Positions 23,506 to 35,212 of a stretch of 64,000 bases of DNA are shown here, in pieces. Position numbers and translations under genes: made by a program. Origin of the DNA: Eutreptiella sp. 'Long Island Sound 2002' (lineage: Eukaryota > Protista > Euglenida). Positions within the stretch are counted from its first letter, which is position 1. Each line of letters opens with the position of its first letter. The stretch is taken from positions 176,204,001 to 176,268,000 of the forward strand of contig OZ038378.1 in the NCBI GenBank assembly GCA_964036045.1. The letters are read 5' to 3'. Below the pieces are notes generated by a model. It was not told the origin of the DNA, made no database searches, and worked only from the letters and a program-made list of their open reading frames with translations.

Positions 23506-26500
23506 GTGGGAATGCGGGTCACATCGACTGTTTGGGTTGCCACACGTGTGTTCAGAGGTGGCACTTGGGAATTTCACACGTGATCACACGGTTTGCCCGT
23601 GGATTGCGGAGGTCATATGCAGTGGCACAAGCTGTAGGCCCTGCACAGACCAGCGAACATGTGCCTTCGTGCGCGTCGTGAGTCACGCCGGAGGGCCAAA
23701 GAAGTGATGACGACGCGCGACAGACCTCTTCTGTCGCGCGTTGTACCATCGTACATTGTCGACGATACACAGCGCGTTGCGTGGGCGGTAACACCCCCTC
23801 GCACGTTATATATTCGCTATTATATAACATCTGCAATGGACGTGTACCATCAAAACCCACTCCTACTGACTCATGTGTGTGCGTGTGGTGCCAATGAGCA
23901 GCGGGGTGCCTGCCAGTGGCCCATACCCGTGGTAATGGAGTGTCTGTGCTGTTTGGGGATGATGGTTCCGGTCATAGTGGGACTTGCACATGGCGCAGTC
24001 ACAAAGCACATTGTCAGACAAGCGACGCCCCGCTTCCGGCACAGGAACATCGGCCCTGCCTCCTTCGGAACTGCTGCCCGTTCATTGCTGTTCACGTTCA
24101 CACACAGGTCTCCCTCGCAGGGCCCCCCGGGGCCTGCACAAATGATGCTATTGCATGGGCAACAGGGCGCCGTCGTTCCGGACGGCATGCAGCTTGAGAA
24201 AGAGGACCCTCCATTTTCCGAACTCGGCCGCAGAACTTCCACCGGCCGTCGGAGTAGTCGTTCTCTGGCACAATGCGACGCAGCGGCGCGACGAAGGGGT
24301 TGCATGGGGGAACGAAAGGGGCCGCCATTGCCAATGGATGGCTCATCGGGGGGCGGCAGGCACAGTGCGCTCGCTACCCCCCTTCCAGCCCTTCCAGCTG
24401 AGCCAACTTTCTGAGCGCCACAGAGAAAATTCTCCTATGACATGTGCCTCATCGCGATCATTGCGACGAGGATCATTTGAGTCACATATGTAGGGGTACC
24501 CCCCGGGCGCGCGCCCCCCTCCATCCCCCGCGTGCTTTCGGTACTTGTAAAGATGTCTTGGTTGCCACTCCTCAAATGATGGCACCGCAACAGAACGTCA
24601 AAGTGACGACATTACATGCTCATGACAGCAGGCCCTTATCTGCAGGAAGGCTCAACTGTGCATATACGCGAGCCGTGGCTGTACTCGGTACATGCCTCGT
24701 CCCAGGACCTGTCGAGCACTGGGAAACAGAACCTGTCCCGACCGGGGGGAGGCCCCTCCCCTGTGATGTCAATGGCGGCCTAGCTTTGGCGAGAGTGCTC
24801 AGTAGACCCAGCCCAGATGGACTTTCGTGACGGGCCTTCTTGATGAAGATTCTTTGAACCCCAAAACAACAACTGATGTCTTACGTGCCACTGGCGCTCT
24901 GGATGCAACTTGCACCGTTTCTGAATAATTCAAAAGATTTAGTACGCCCTGACACGGATGCGCCAGGGGGAAACCGAAGAAAGCGGCAGATTCCAGTGGA
25001 CTGTTGGTGTGGGGATGAGCTGCGGATGCTAAAGAAGATGCGGATGTCCGCGTGAGCCACCCAAGAGGACAGGGAAGTCATGACCACAGAAGATTTGTTC
25101 TGTTGCGCATAACACTCACCCCCTCCCCGTTTGCAAACAATCTGATACCGAGGCCTTGTGCTAAACCCCCCCCCCCTTGCCCTTGCACAAGCGCAGCAGG
25201 CAGTAGGGACTAAGGGCTTGTCCACACCATTGAAACGCCAGGTGCACGGTCATGACGACACATAGTGGAACAATGTGTTGCGTCAAAAAGGGTATCACGG
25301 CGACCCTGCCTGACCAATGGCCAAGGGGTTCTCCCAGGGTTTGGGCCTCAGCAGCGTCGCCGAGAGTGGCATCAAAACGCATGGAACTGGGAGCAGTCTC
25401 AAAGCAGAATGTTGTCGTGAGCAAGACCAACTCCCCACGGGCATGACTCAGCCCCTGTTTCCCACTATAACCCCCCCCTCCCCCCTGTATAACCTTCGAC
25501 CTTGTCCAAGCTACAGTAGCCGTTTGAAACCTCATTTGATTCGGTACCAAATGTAGTGCAGCCACATAAGACATGGGTTTGGTGACAAATTTTTTGTCAC
25601 AAAAAATTTGCCAGCTACATAGAGTCATGGACACACTTGTTGTGAGGGTTTACCCTCTTGAACATAGCTCCGATTTTGGGGTTATTTGTGTATTGTATTC
25701 CCCTTTCTTGCACCAGCTCACCATGCAATCTTCTCTTTTGGAACCTGGGCGTCTGTCCCAGCCCCCCCCCCCCCCTGCATAGTAATCCCCCTTGCATAGT
25801 AAGCGGGGGGGGAGGGGGGGAGGGAACGCTCAGAAAGTCGGATGCTGAGCTTCTCCTGTGCGTTTGTTGGCTGGACAAGGTGGTCCCGTACAGTAGGCGT
25901 AGGGACTGTATTGATTGGGAACTTTTGTGCAGCTTATACAGGGGGGGAACAACCGCCTCACGAATGTGTCATCTTGCATTCTGACCACGAAACCGGCAGT
26001 GGAAATTCCCTGGCCTCAGCGGTGCTTGCACAACGGGCCGCGCGAGGCAGGGTAAGAGTACCTCACATTCTGAGGGAAACCGTATCATTTAGGCCATCAT
26101 TCAAATCGAATTTATGTAATCCGTACATTACATATTGTCTGTGAGGCTGTTTGTGGTTTGGTAGCCCACCACAGTGGGCTGCGCAGGTTGCGGAATGGCG
26201 GGGCTCTTGCGGGGCAGGGGGGGGGGGGCGGGGCAGGTTCCCCTACCCCCTTGTCATCCCCCAGCCCATGGCTATGCAGTTGACCGTGTCTTTGACATTG
26301 TGTCCGTAACGGGGGGTCAGTTCCCATCAAGCGGGGGTAGGCACGGCCCTGTGCTGGCAATCTGAAGGTGTCGTGCAGGCCCCAAATTGCCGCATAATGT
26401 TTTGATGCGGTCAGGAAGTTGTGAATCAGTGGGCTAATGTGCCTCTGAGCGAGGCGTCCAAACACGAACCGGCGGGGCACGAACACAAGGTGCAGCTGAT

Positions 26501-28499
26501 TTGTAGGAGTTCAGGAGTTGGGATTTTAATTCGTCTTGGGCGCCGCACACACAGACACACGCACAAAGCAGGTTCTCACCAAGGCGAGGGGACCGGCACA
26601 GGGACCCAGACCTGCTAGAGGCCGAAGGCCAATGCCAGGGAGCAGAGCGCCTATGTTGAGCGCCTGACCGTCCCTTCCCATGCTGGTGTCTCTCCCTAAT
26701 TCCCCGCCCCCCCCCCCCCGCCCCTCTCCCTTACATCTCTTACATCCCTTACACCTCCATCTCTCCCTTACACTCCCCCCTCAAGTGCGAGAGGACATTC
26801 AAACACAGTTCACACACATTACACACTGTATGTAACCGGTCCACATTCAAGGTAAGGCCGAATGAGTGCTTGCTTCTGCGCCAGGAAAGTGGCATGCCTA
26901 CTGGTGCATGACACACAATGGAATGTACTGATCGATTGAAGTCGCAGTCGCTGGCCTGTGCTTATATGTCAGCATAATGCCCATCCACTGTGCGGATACA
27001 CATTGTACATATCAATAGATAGTGGCGCACCCCAACCAAGAAGGGGACACGCTGTGTGATTTGGAACGAGCTGGGCTAATGCCTGAAACTGTCAGTGGCG
27101 GGGAGATTCAGTCTATCAGAACCGACCATTGACCCCCCCCCCCCCTCCTCTCCCGCCGCCGGATGCACTCAAAGAGAGAGGGAGGGGGGGTTGGGGGCAG
27201 AGAGAAAGCACACCGAATGGGCGCATGTTGCAGTGTGATGGCCGTTCCGCCAAGCACCCTTTGCCCGCTTCTGGGAAGGAGGGAACGTGAGTATTTCAAC
27301 CACGTCAAAGAAAAATCTCTCGCGGCTTTTCGCCATTCTATGAGGCTATGGTATCACACGGAGGTGTCGGGGACTGTGGGCCATCTCTGATTTCTATGAC
27401 AGCGAGTCCTGGGTACAATCTCAACGTCATGATTGGGTAGTATTCTTCTCGGTTTCCCAACTTTCTTACACAGTATATATACAATCCAATACTCTTTACA
27501 TATGATTTTTATATATGTTTTTCAGAATGTGGCGCTTCCCGCGCCGCTATAGGGGCTGGCTTTTACATTGAGGGGCAAAGGATGTATGGTGTAGGCGCGA
27601 CAGTACTGGGTACTTATTTCATTGCAGTCAGCAATTGTGCCGGAATGTGCAGCTTTTATGTTTTGATTTCAGCTTCGCGACTTTGGATGAGGAGTTAGCG
27701 GTTTCCGAATTATCTCCGTTCCAGAGCACCAGTGACCGCGGTCACTGTTACCAGTGCACCGTGTGTGCACCATGCAGTCATACCCCCTTCGTGCAAACAG
27801 TGCTTCCTTGTGAACTCAAGGGATGCTAAGAGTTGTGCAGGCCTGTTTTGATTTGCATTGATTGCTTTGGTTGTTGCATGTGGGGGCGCGGGGTGCGGGT
27901 GGGGGGTGGGGGGGGGGGCTCTATGCAGGTATTGTGCATGTGTTTCAACTGTAATCTGCGGCTGCCCCCTCGGATTTCTCCAACAGCCGAGAGCGTTCCA
28001 TGGGCTGATATAACACAGCAGCAGAGCGTGAGGAAACATCGTCATTTATCACTTGACACCCGGCATCTGAATAAGGACGATTGGGTTTCGACATTTTGTC
28101 ACAGGTGCGGTGTGATCCAGGTTTAGGGGGCGCACCGTGCGCTGTGCGCGCTGTGCGAAAAGTGGGCTGTTTTCCAGCACCAGTAGCCACGGGTCCCAAG
28201 GTCCTGAATTCTGCACCGTACAGCCCCTGCTGGTACACCAGGGATTTTTTGTTTTAGTGTGATGCTTGCCACGGGTCCCAGGGTCCTGAATTCTGCACCC
28301 ATGCTGTTTGGATCATGCATGCTTTTGTAGGTGAGTGGTTTTCAGGGGTGTTCCCGGGAGAAACAACGTAATAATTGGCGCTGTGCACGGGCTGTGCGAA
28401 AACGCCACCTTGGTGTGTGGACGCGGTTATATTGGGGCCTGTTTTTTCTTCAGCACTGGATGCCGTGATGCGCCAGACGTTTTTGAGCACCCAAAAAGC

Positions 28500-29700
28500 G
28501 AACAAAAGGTACAAAAAGAAGAAATTCATATGTTTATTCCGAAAGTTCGAGGGCATAGATACCTCCAGCTGGAGCGGCGCCGTAGTTGCAGTGCTCCCCG
28601 TCTACCAAGTAGGGGCAGCAAGGCGAATCTGGGAAAAAGGTCAAATTACTCAACTAACCAAACAGCAGTGTCATAGTCGAATTCCACCATACAAATACAT
28701 GCTTATCTGTGTATCAGCTACTGCACAGATGGTAGCATCATTCTTGTTCAGCTGCAGGAATTTCAACAAGTCGTCCTTCCAGGCAGCAGCATACTGGACC
28801 ACAAGGATGGCATGCTTCATGTCCAGTTCCGGCAACATCACACCATCCGCAAATTCACCTAGTTGGTGCATATTGACCATACAGGCGGAGGGGGGGACTT
28901 CGCGGCGGGAATATTTCGCCGTGGGATATTTCGCATTTCAAATTCGTGCGAAATTTCCCACATAATTTTCAGGCCGCTGTGCGAAATAAACCCGCTGTGA
29001 AATTTAGCAAAATGTCTTGTCCAACAGTTGCCTGAGCATAAGTCTGTTGTGCCCTTCCACAAGTGCTGAAACAGAGAAATGTTGCCGTCGGAATCTGTGA
29101 CGGGGCATGTGATCATACGTTTCTTATTGTTTCTCATCAGGAAGGAACAACAACCCTCTAGGACTCAACTGCAAAGCATCAGCAAATAACAGCAACCACC
29201 ACCGACCAAAGGTCGGCTCACAGCATGTGGGTGCGAAATTTCCCACAGCAAATTCAGGACTGCATGCAAAATAAACCCGCTGCGAAATATCCCGCGGCGA
29301 AAATTTTCCACCACAAACCCCCCCCCCCCCCTGTATTACACATCACTGATGCGACTTCTTATCTGAACTGGTTGGTGGAGCACAATCCATACCTCATATG
29401 TTTCCGAACGAGGCACTGACCAAGTAGTCAATCAGCTTGCCCCACAGGTTCCGGCATATATGAGAATTCATGCTTCAATCTCATGGTGTTGTTCAGGCAC
29501 TCTGAGCCGCCCACGGCCGATGATGCAAAGAGGATCACACCCAAGTTCCCCAGTGTTGTATGCAAGTTTAGGATCACAGTGTGGCTAAGTGAGGGCAGCT
29601 AGTGCTGCCAAAGGTCGAAGGGGTGCTTCAACATAATTGCTGTGTGAGAGATATGGCATGTTGCAAGTTAGCGGGACTGATATGGACCCGGCGTCTGCTA
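28500..29700 (-). mobile_element. Decayed pogo/Tigger-type (DDE_1, Tc1/mariner superfamily) transposase
   Basis: Motifs in the expected order on the - strand: DPKLAYNTGELG (cf. N.DETG), MVN..QLGEF..GVMLPEL..HAILVV..AAAW (cf. WM...F..W...V..P....ALL.LD...H), TTAPLQLEV..NFR (cf. T..LQPLD...FK). Many stops. Confidence 0.6.
28882..29333. mobile_element. Non-autonomous TA-flanked element nested in the pogo relic
   Basis: TA|CAGGCGGAGGGGGGG ... CCCCCCCCCTG|TA; subterminal inverted TTCGCCG.GGGATATTTCGCA; an internal - strand fragment reads KRMITCPVTDSDGNISLFQHLWKGTTD. Confidence 0.7.
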
Positions 29701-30979
29701 GAGATTTGTGGCCGACCAGGCATACCCCGGTGGTTATATGTACCATTGTGTACCATTACTGGAAATCTGCGGGATCGTTTTGTTAAACGCCCCAAACAGA
29801 CCAGCATGTACGACCGTTGTGGACCGTGGCGTGGCCATGATCTCGCCCCCCCTGATGGGGCCGTACTAAGGATGGAGGGATGTACCAAAAAAAGAACAAA
29901 AAAAAGCTTCAACGTAACTGTTGTTCGTCTCTCACCCCATGTTTCCTTTGACCTTGGCCGACACCACCTTACAGTTTATGCCTTTGGTGCACGATTGCCC
30001 TATAGTTTTGCACTGTTGTGCATATGAACTCAACGAATCGTGGTTGATTGCCAAAAAAAAACAGTACTCAAAGAGTCTACACATTGGGTTGGCTAAGAGG
30101 GCCTAGGACTGCGTGTGCAAGCACAAGGATATGTGGCTTTCAGGGCCTAGGACTCTGTGTGCTACCAAAAGGACATGTGGCTTTCGGATATGGACTTGGA
30201 ATTACGAGATGAGGCACACGTTGTTTGGCGTGGCGGGCTGAATGATGTAGGCATCCATCATGCCAGAAGCTTGGCGGGATGCGAGTCAGTGTTCCTCACA
30301 AATGCGCCCCTGTGTTGACGAGAAGAGGTGTTGATTACAAGAGAAACAAGACGAAATGATTTTGTCCTTGGCAAATGCCATTTCCACCTAGGTGTATCCA
30401 GACAAAGACCTAGATGTGTACTGGGCTAGCGGCATTTACGATGCTGGGGAAGGTGCTACAGGTGGCGGACCCACACATTAGCACCCATTAGCAAGCAGGA
30501 GCCCACTTAGAAGAAAGCTCAAGTTCATGGAAAGGGAACGGACAAGGCTAAGGGCAAGGGGGATTTTGGGGAAGGAGCAGCTCTATTGAAGCGACAGCCG
30601 ATGGATCTTAGCAATGATGAGGCACACGTGTTGCGGTTCATGAAGTGGAAGCGCGACTCCAACTGACAATCAATGTCTTAGTGCTCTTGCTGTCCATCTC
30701 CTGTTTGGCATTTTGTTTGAACGAATCAATTTCAGATCCAAGAAGCACGGGGATGGAATAGTCAGTCCGCCACGCCCAAATACCCCGCATGCATTTAGAC
30801 ACTACAACATGCGTGATGGAGAGCGACGGCATCTCCAGCCAATGGGAGAGTTCCGAATGAAGGATCCGCGCTACGACTGTACAGTACGGAGGTCTCGTAA
30901 CTCAGGGCACATGTGGACAGCACACCAAATAGACTCACAGGACGGAGTTTTCCATAGTAGGCTGCCGAGAGCTCAGGTC

Positions 30980-33900
30980 ACAGACAGCAGAGGGTAATAT
31001 GTGTGCCCCCCCGGAGCCCTACACCGTGGTAAGAGCACGCCGCAAAATACGAATTGTGGGCATGTGGGCAGAACACACAAGAAAAACACGCGGCGCAGTC
31101 GCTTGTGTCGGCCTTGTGCACCGCGCACTGCCGGTGGTCATCCTGGAATGGGGTTCCCTGCCCGTAGCAGACGAAGCAACCTTGGGGGTGAGTCTTGATG
31201 AACTCCCCAAAGGACAGGGAAGGGTCGCCCATGCGGCGGGGCTCCTTCCTTTCAGCCTTCCTCTAGCCCTGAGTGAGGGGCTTCTAGGACTTCCGGTTGT
31301 CCCCCGATTCAAGTTGTTGGCCACAAAGGCGCAGACCGCTGCCTCCCGGGGCTCGTCATCGTCCTTGGCCCCTTTGGCCCTGGGGGGGCGGCCGGGCCCG
31401 GTCCTTGTATGTGACACCCCCGAGCCCCCCCCCCCCCCCCCCCCCAAGTTTTGAAAGATAGCGGCGTGGGGGCCATGGCACCAACGGCGCCAAATTTTTT
31501 GTCCCATGCTTAGTTGAGAGGGGTACTATGCCTTTAGTCCTTAAGACCCTTAAGACTTTCTTCCTGGCAAAGACAAGATATCGCTATTATCGCATACATA
31601 CCTCTGTACCCCCATGCACCCGGACACCCCCTTGAGGTATGCATTTGATAGTAGTGGGTTGCGCGCACCCCCCCCCCGGCCAAGCTGCCAATACCCCCCC
31701 CCCCACCCTCCCGCCGACCCCCCCCCCCCCCCCGCCCCAACTGCGCCACCCAAGTTTTGACAGATAATTGGGGGGTAGTCGCATCAGGACCAGTTGTAGT
31801 CGCCCCCCCGGGCCTCCGGCGCTCTCGACCTCGTTGCTGTCGGGAGGGTTCTTTGGGCTCGGGTCGTCGGGGTCGTCCCACACGCCGTGGACTCCACGGT
31901 CGTTTTGCCCTTGCCACCCTCGGTTGTGGTGATGGTTCTTGTACTCCTTAAGCACTTCCTCACTGACCCATTCCAGCATGTTGCCGCACCTCATCCTCGC
32001 CGGGATGGCCTGCAGACAAATGGTCTGGCCACCGACCTCATGCTCATCCAACCTCGAGACCGTGGCCTTCTCTCGCTCGCTCTGGACGGCGATGAGGAGG
32101 GATTTCCGGAGAGAGTGGGCCCTGGCGTCCCGAGCGACATTTGCCCTGGTCCAACTCACCACCCTCTTGTGAAGGTGCTTGCGGAGCATCATCTTCACGG
32201 TGTGCGTGGACTTCGCCCGCTTGGCTTCCTCCTTGGTGAGCCGCTTGGACCAAGCCTCCGGTAGGAGACCGAGCAGACGAGACTGCTCGTCGCCCTCGTT
32301 CCAGTCCTCCACGTTTTGGCGCTTCAGGACGTACTGCCCTCTGAAGTCGCGCCAGTCGCGCAGCCGGATGTCCTTGCCATCATGATGGAGCTTGATGGCC
32401 CTCCATCACTTGGCTGTGACCTGCGGGGCATCCACCCAGTCCTGCTCGTTGAGCCACCTTTTGGCGTCGCGGAGGGACTTGATCTTGCCCTCTTTCTGCG
32501 TTGTGAAATACAGCTCTTGGAGCGCCTCAGGGAGCCGGAAGCGGGACGGCTTGTAGATGTACTTCTTGGCAGCCACGGGGTCCATCTCCTCGGTGACCGT
32601 GAGTCCCCATTCATCCACCTTCTCAAGGAAGCGGTTGAGGTTGAGGGGGTTTCCATCGTATATGGGGGGGCAGATGTCCTTCAAGTCTTCCCACACGGCG
32701 GCGGCAGTGGCCCTGGAGACCAGGAACGCCGGTTGTGAGGACGTTTTGCATTCCCATCGACGTCCCGCACCCACGCCCACGGCACGCACGTCCATGTTCT
32801 CACCGCCGTCGCGTCTCCGTCAGGGCTCCTCCACACTGGCGCCTCCTAGGTGGTTCCGGCGGACGGCATCCATGTACTCGTCGGCTTCGCGATCTCGGCT
32901 GGGGTCCTGGGTACCCATCTCGACGCCCTGGGCGGGCTGATGCCATAGTCCTCCATGGCCCCCGCGGCATCCTCCTCCAGGTCCCAATCCATCTCCCCTT
33001 CCGGGATCTCGTCCTCCAACACCCCGTATGGCCCATACGACCGTTCCGGCTCAGGGGCCCGCAAGGGCAGTGGGGCGCCAAGCAGCCCCTGACGAGCCCC
33101 ACTCCAAGGTCGGGGGATCTTCCCGGGCCATCCTCGGATGCGGCGCTTCTGCCGCTCCACATCCTGGGTCATCCTCTCGATCGTCCCCTCGTGGGTGTTC
33201 ACCACGCCGGATACGGATCGGACCTCCGCTCGCAGGATGCCCACTTCCCGCTGGGCCCGACCCGCCACCCACGCTTGGGCTTGGGTCTCGCGCCGCAGGA
33301 TGAGGGTGTCCTGCTCCAGCTTGCGGATCCTGTAGCGGAGGTGTAGGATCCAGCGCCACACGTCCTCCGGTATGGTGGGCCCGGGTCGTCCGCCTGGAGG
33401 TCCTCCACTCAGTGGCCCTCCACGCGGCAGTCTTCCGCGCAGTGGTCCTCCACGCGAGCTCCCCCCGTACTCTCAGTCGTCTCGGGGGTTGGTCTCCGCT
33501 TCGGCACGCTCCGGGGTTCCTTCTCGGCTGGCGTAGGGAGGGGGCGGACCGTCGTCATCCGAGCCGGGTGGGGTTCCATTTCCTCCTCCGCTGCCACCTG
33601 CCGCTACACCCCGGCTGTAGCTCGTGGGTGTCTCGCGGCATCGGTTCTTGGGCCCGTCCCCGTCGCTGCACGTCAAGAACGGGTCGGAGTCACGATGGGG
33701 TCCATCACGGGCGCTTCCGGGCCCTTTCCGGGGTCTTTCCCTTCCGTGCGCATTGGTCGCAAGGTGCCTCCTCCTCACTGCTCCGAGAGTCCACCGCATC
33801 CAAGTCGATCTTCATGCCCTTGGGCTGGCCCTCGCAGAGCCTTCGCAGGGGCTCAACTCTGGAGCCTCCCACGGGGGTGGCGGCGTCCAACTTCTTCTTT

Positions 33901-35212
33901 GCCTCCTCCATGGCCCTTGCGGTGGCTTCAGCTACGACCTTTTCGGCTTCTTCTTCCGCTCGGGCCTTCTCCCTCCAGGCCTTCTCCGCCCCCAAGACCT
34001 CCAGCTCGGCTTTGGTCTTGGACCTCTCCTCGGCGATCCTCCTTCTCATCTCGTTGATCACCACGGCCCTGGCTTCCTCTGCCCTGGCCCGCGCCAGGGC
34101 CTCGTTGTGAGCTCTTTCCTCCGCCTCCTTGGCCTTCTGTTGAGCAACGGCCTCCTCGAGCGCCTTCACTTCACCTTCCTTCTTGGTGACGGCCTCCTCC
34201 GCTTCTTGCCTCACGCGGGCGGCTTCAACGTCGCGTGTAGCGGCTACTCGCGCCGTCTCCGCTTCGCGAGCGACGGCCACTGCTATAGCTGCAGCCGCTG
34301 CGGCGGCGTGCACGGCCATCCCCATTCACCACTCCGCCTCCTCCCTTGTGGCGATCGCGATCGCCTCCTCCACCGCGGCGTTCTGTGCCGACACCCGTTC
34401 CCTCGCAACCCGGAGGTTGCACCGCACGCCGCACACCCGCTCGCACGCCCGGGCCACTTTGCGGCGGGGCTGCGAGTGGGCGCCGCGGTGGGCGGACTCC
34501 ACACCGCTACTGAGCCCCGCTATGGGCCACAAGGGCGGCGGACGGCTCTTCGCCCGGGTCTTCTTGGCGACCGCGATGAAGTCACCCAGGGTGGCCGGAC
34601 CTGACCGGGCGTAGCTGGGTCCGGGGGAGGTGGTCATCGGGACGTCCTCCTCATACAGGTCTGGCGATAGGTCCACTGGGGAGTCATGCCGCGGGTCCCG
34701 TTAGACTTGCCATCGTCGCTGCGCGTGGGAGAATGTGTACCCCATGTTGCGCAGCGCGCCTTCGATGCGGGTGCACTCCTCGACGTGGGAGCGGATTGCC
34801 ACCCATTATGGGGTGGTCGTGCCGTCCTTGGGCTTGGAGTATCGATACTCCCTGTCCCACCCGTGGCCAGCCATGAGCGCCGCAATGGGGGGGTCCTGGG
34901 CGCTGCTGGGCGTGCTGGCAGGGTCGTCGACTTGACCATGGCACTGGTGGTGCTGGTGGCTGTGGACATGGAAGCGCTATTGGTGAGGATGTCGCCGTGC
35001 AAGACGCCCGATGGTGGTTGTTGAGGCGGGTGACGCGGTCCACTCTCTCTACAGGGCTGGGACCAAGACGCCCGTTGGTGGTGAGGCAGAGGCTGGTGTT
35101 CTCGGGGTTCTCGGCGTAGGCCCCGAGTGGTCCTTGGCGGTAGAACGCCGTTGCCGCGTTACCGTGGGGGGCCTGGGGTCCACAGGTTCGCTACGCACGA
35201 GCGGGCAAGCAT
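30980..35212 (-). mobile_element. Frameshifted gag-like ORF of a retroelement (coiled coil, capsid-like region, Cys/His knuckle); no pol detected
   Basis: Consecutive - strand frames give an E/A/R/K coiled coil (34400-33800), capsid-like PPIYDGNPLNLNRFLEKVD and DFRGQYVLKRQNVEDWNE...LLGLLP, and CFVCYGQGTPFQDDHRQC near the 3' end. Confidence 0.7.
31424..31775. mobile_element. MITE-like insertion interrupting the gag-like ORF
   Basis: AT-richer block bounded by CCCCCCAA ... TTGGGGGG inverted ends; gag-like coding sequence resumes on both sides. Boundaries are approximate. Confidence 0.6.

Noticed and set aside
33740-33780. Zinc knuckle PCDQC in the gag-like region
   Set aside because: It lies at a frameshift; the neighbouring frame continues with more gag-like Gly/Pro/Asp sequence and there is no downstream H...C.
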